A DNA stretch of 62,999 nucleotides, the filler included, from Octopus bimaculoides (taxonomy: Eukaryota): assembly GCF_001194135.2 (NCBI RefSeq). It is 5 parts of 5 records of this genome, joined end to end, with 100 filler letters (N's around TTAATTAATTAA, not from the genome) between each part and the next. Parts side by side here need not be neighbours in the genome. Positions count along the whole stretch, not along the records: positions 61,773 to 62,999 come from NC_068982.1; 4 more parts are not named here. The stretch is one strand, 5' to 3'. The position numbers were made by a program, and so were the translations under genes. The notes under the pieces were generated by a model. That model saw nothing but the letters and a program-made list of their open reading frames with translations, was not told where the DNA came from and ran no database searches. How positions within the stretch are numbered: the first letter of the stretch is position 1; each line of letters begins with the position of its first letter. Shown here piece after piece: positions 62,700 through 62,999 of this stretch.

Positions 62700-62999
62700 C
62701 ATATATAACTATGAATGTTGTCTATGAATGTTGTCTATTTTTACCGTCTGCTATGAATTAATCTGACCCTGAAGAGATACAATATTCCATATTTTATAAT
62801 ATGCATGAATTGATCTGGATATTGCATCGAAATGATAATAGGTCATAATAAAGTTTTTACAATGGATCATCTTTTAGCTCTTATTTAAATCGATATACAT
62901 ACAAAAACTCACATGTGAGAATTTTGCTACGTTTGATAAATCTGTAATTTTTACCAAATTTTGGTATAAATCTATAAATACATACATACATATATATAT

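Noticed and set aside
61773-62999. Search for the ILP signal peptide/B-chain exon
   Set aside because: In the non-repetitive minus-strand stretches I translated I found no CG..L...L...C motif with a splice donor. The Cys-rich CNPNKKAKKC.. ORF does not fit a B chain.

Overview
This is AT-rich, microsatellite-dense, heavily gapped eukaryotic DNA. The SINE families, the molluscan-type insulin exon and the short-read assembly style point to an octopus genome, probably an Octopus bimaculoides-type draft (inference, not verified). Only one host coding exon is supported: the terminal exon (61179-60965, minus strand) of a molluscan-type insulin-like peptide. It encodes the C-peptide end, a KR cleavage site, and an A chain with an extra Cys and a C-terminal extension. 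The signal peptide/B-chain exon lies past the right edge or inside the gap at about 61673-61772. The remaining ~60 kb is 3' flank or intergenic. It holds several tRNA-derived SINE families, relics of Tc1, maT (DD37D), RTE, Dong/R4, CR1/L2-like and Penelope elements, several MITEs, and a series of long near-perfect hairpins. The most unexpected signal is a set of hammerhead-ribozyme folds. Two are near-complete type I folds with GUC cleavage triplets (8841-8880 and 39134-39183, both minus), and four decayed copies sit in a ~200-bp dispersed element embedded in microsatellites. An RTE LINE also shows a twin-priming-like 5' inversion. Nearly all ORFs in the supplied track are artefacts of N gaps and simple repeats. 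No rRNA, bona fide tRNA or CRISPR array was found.
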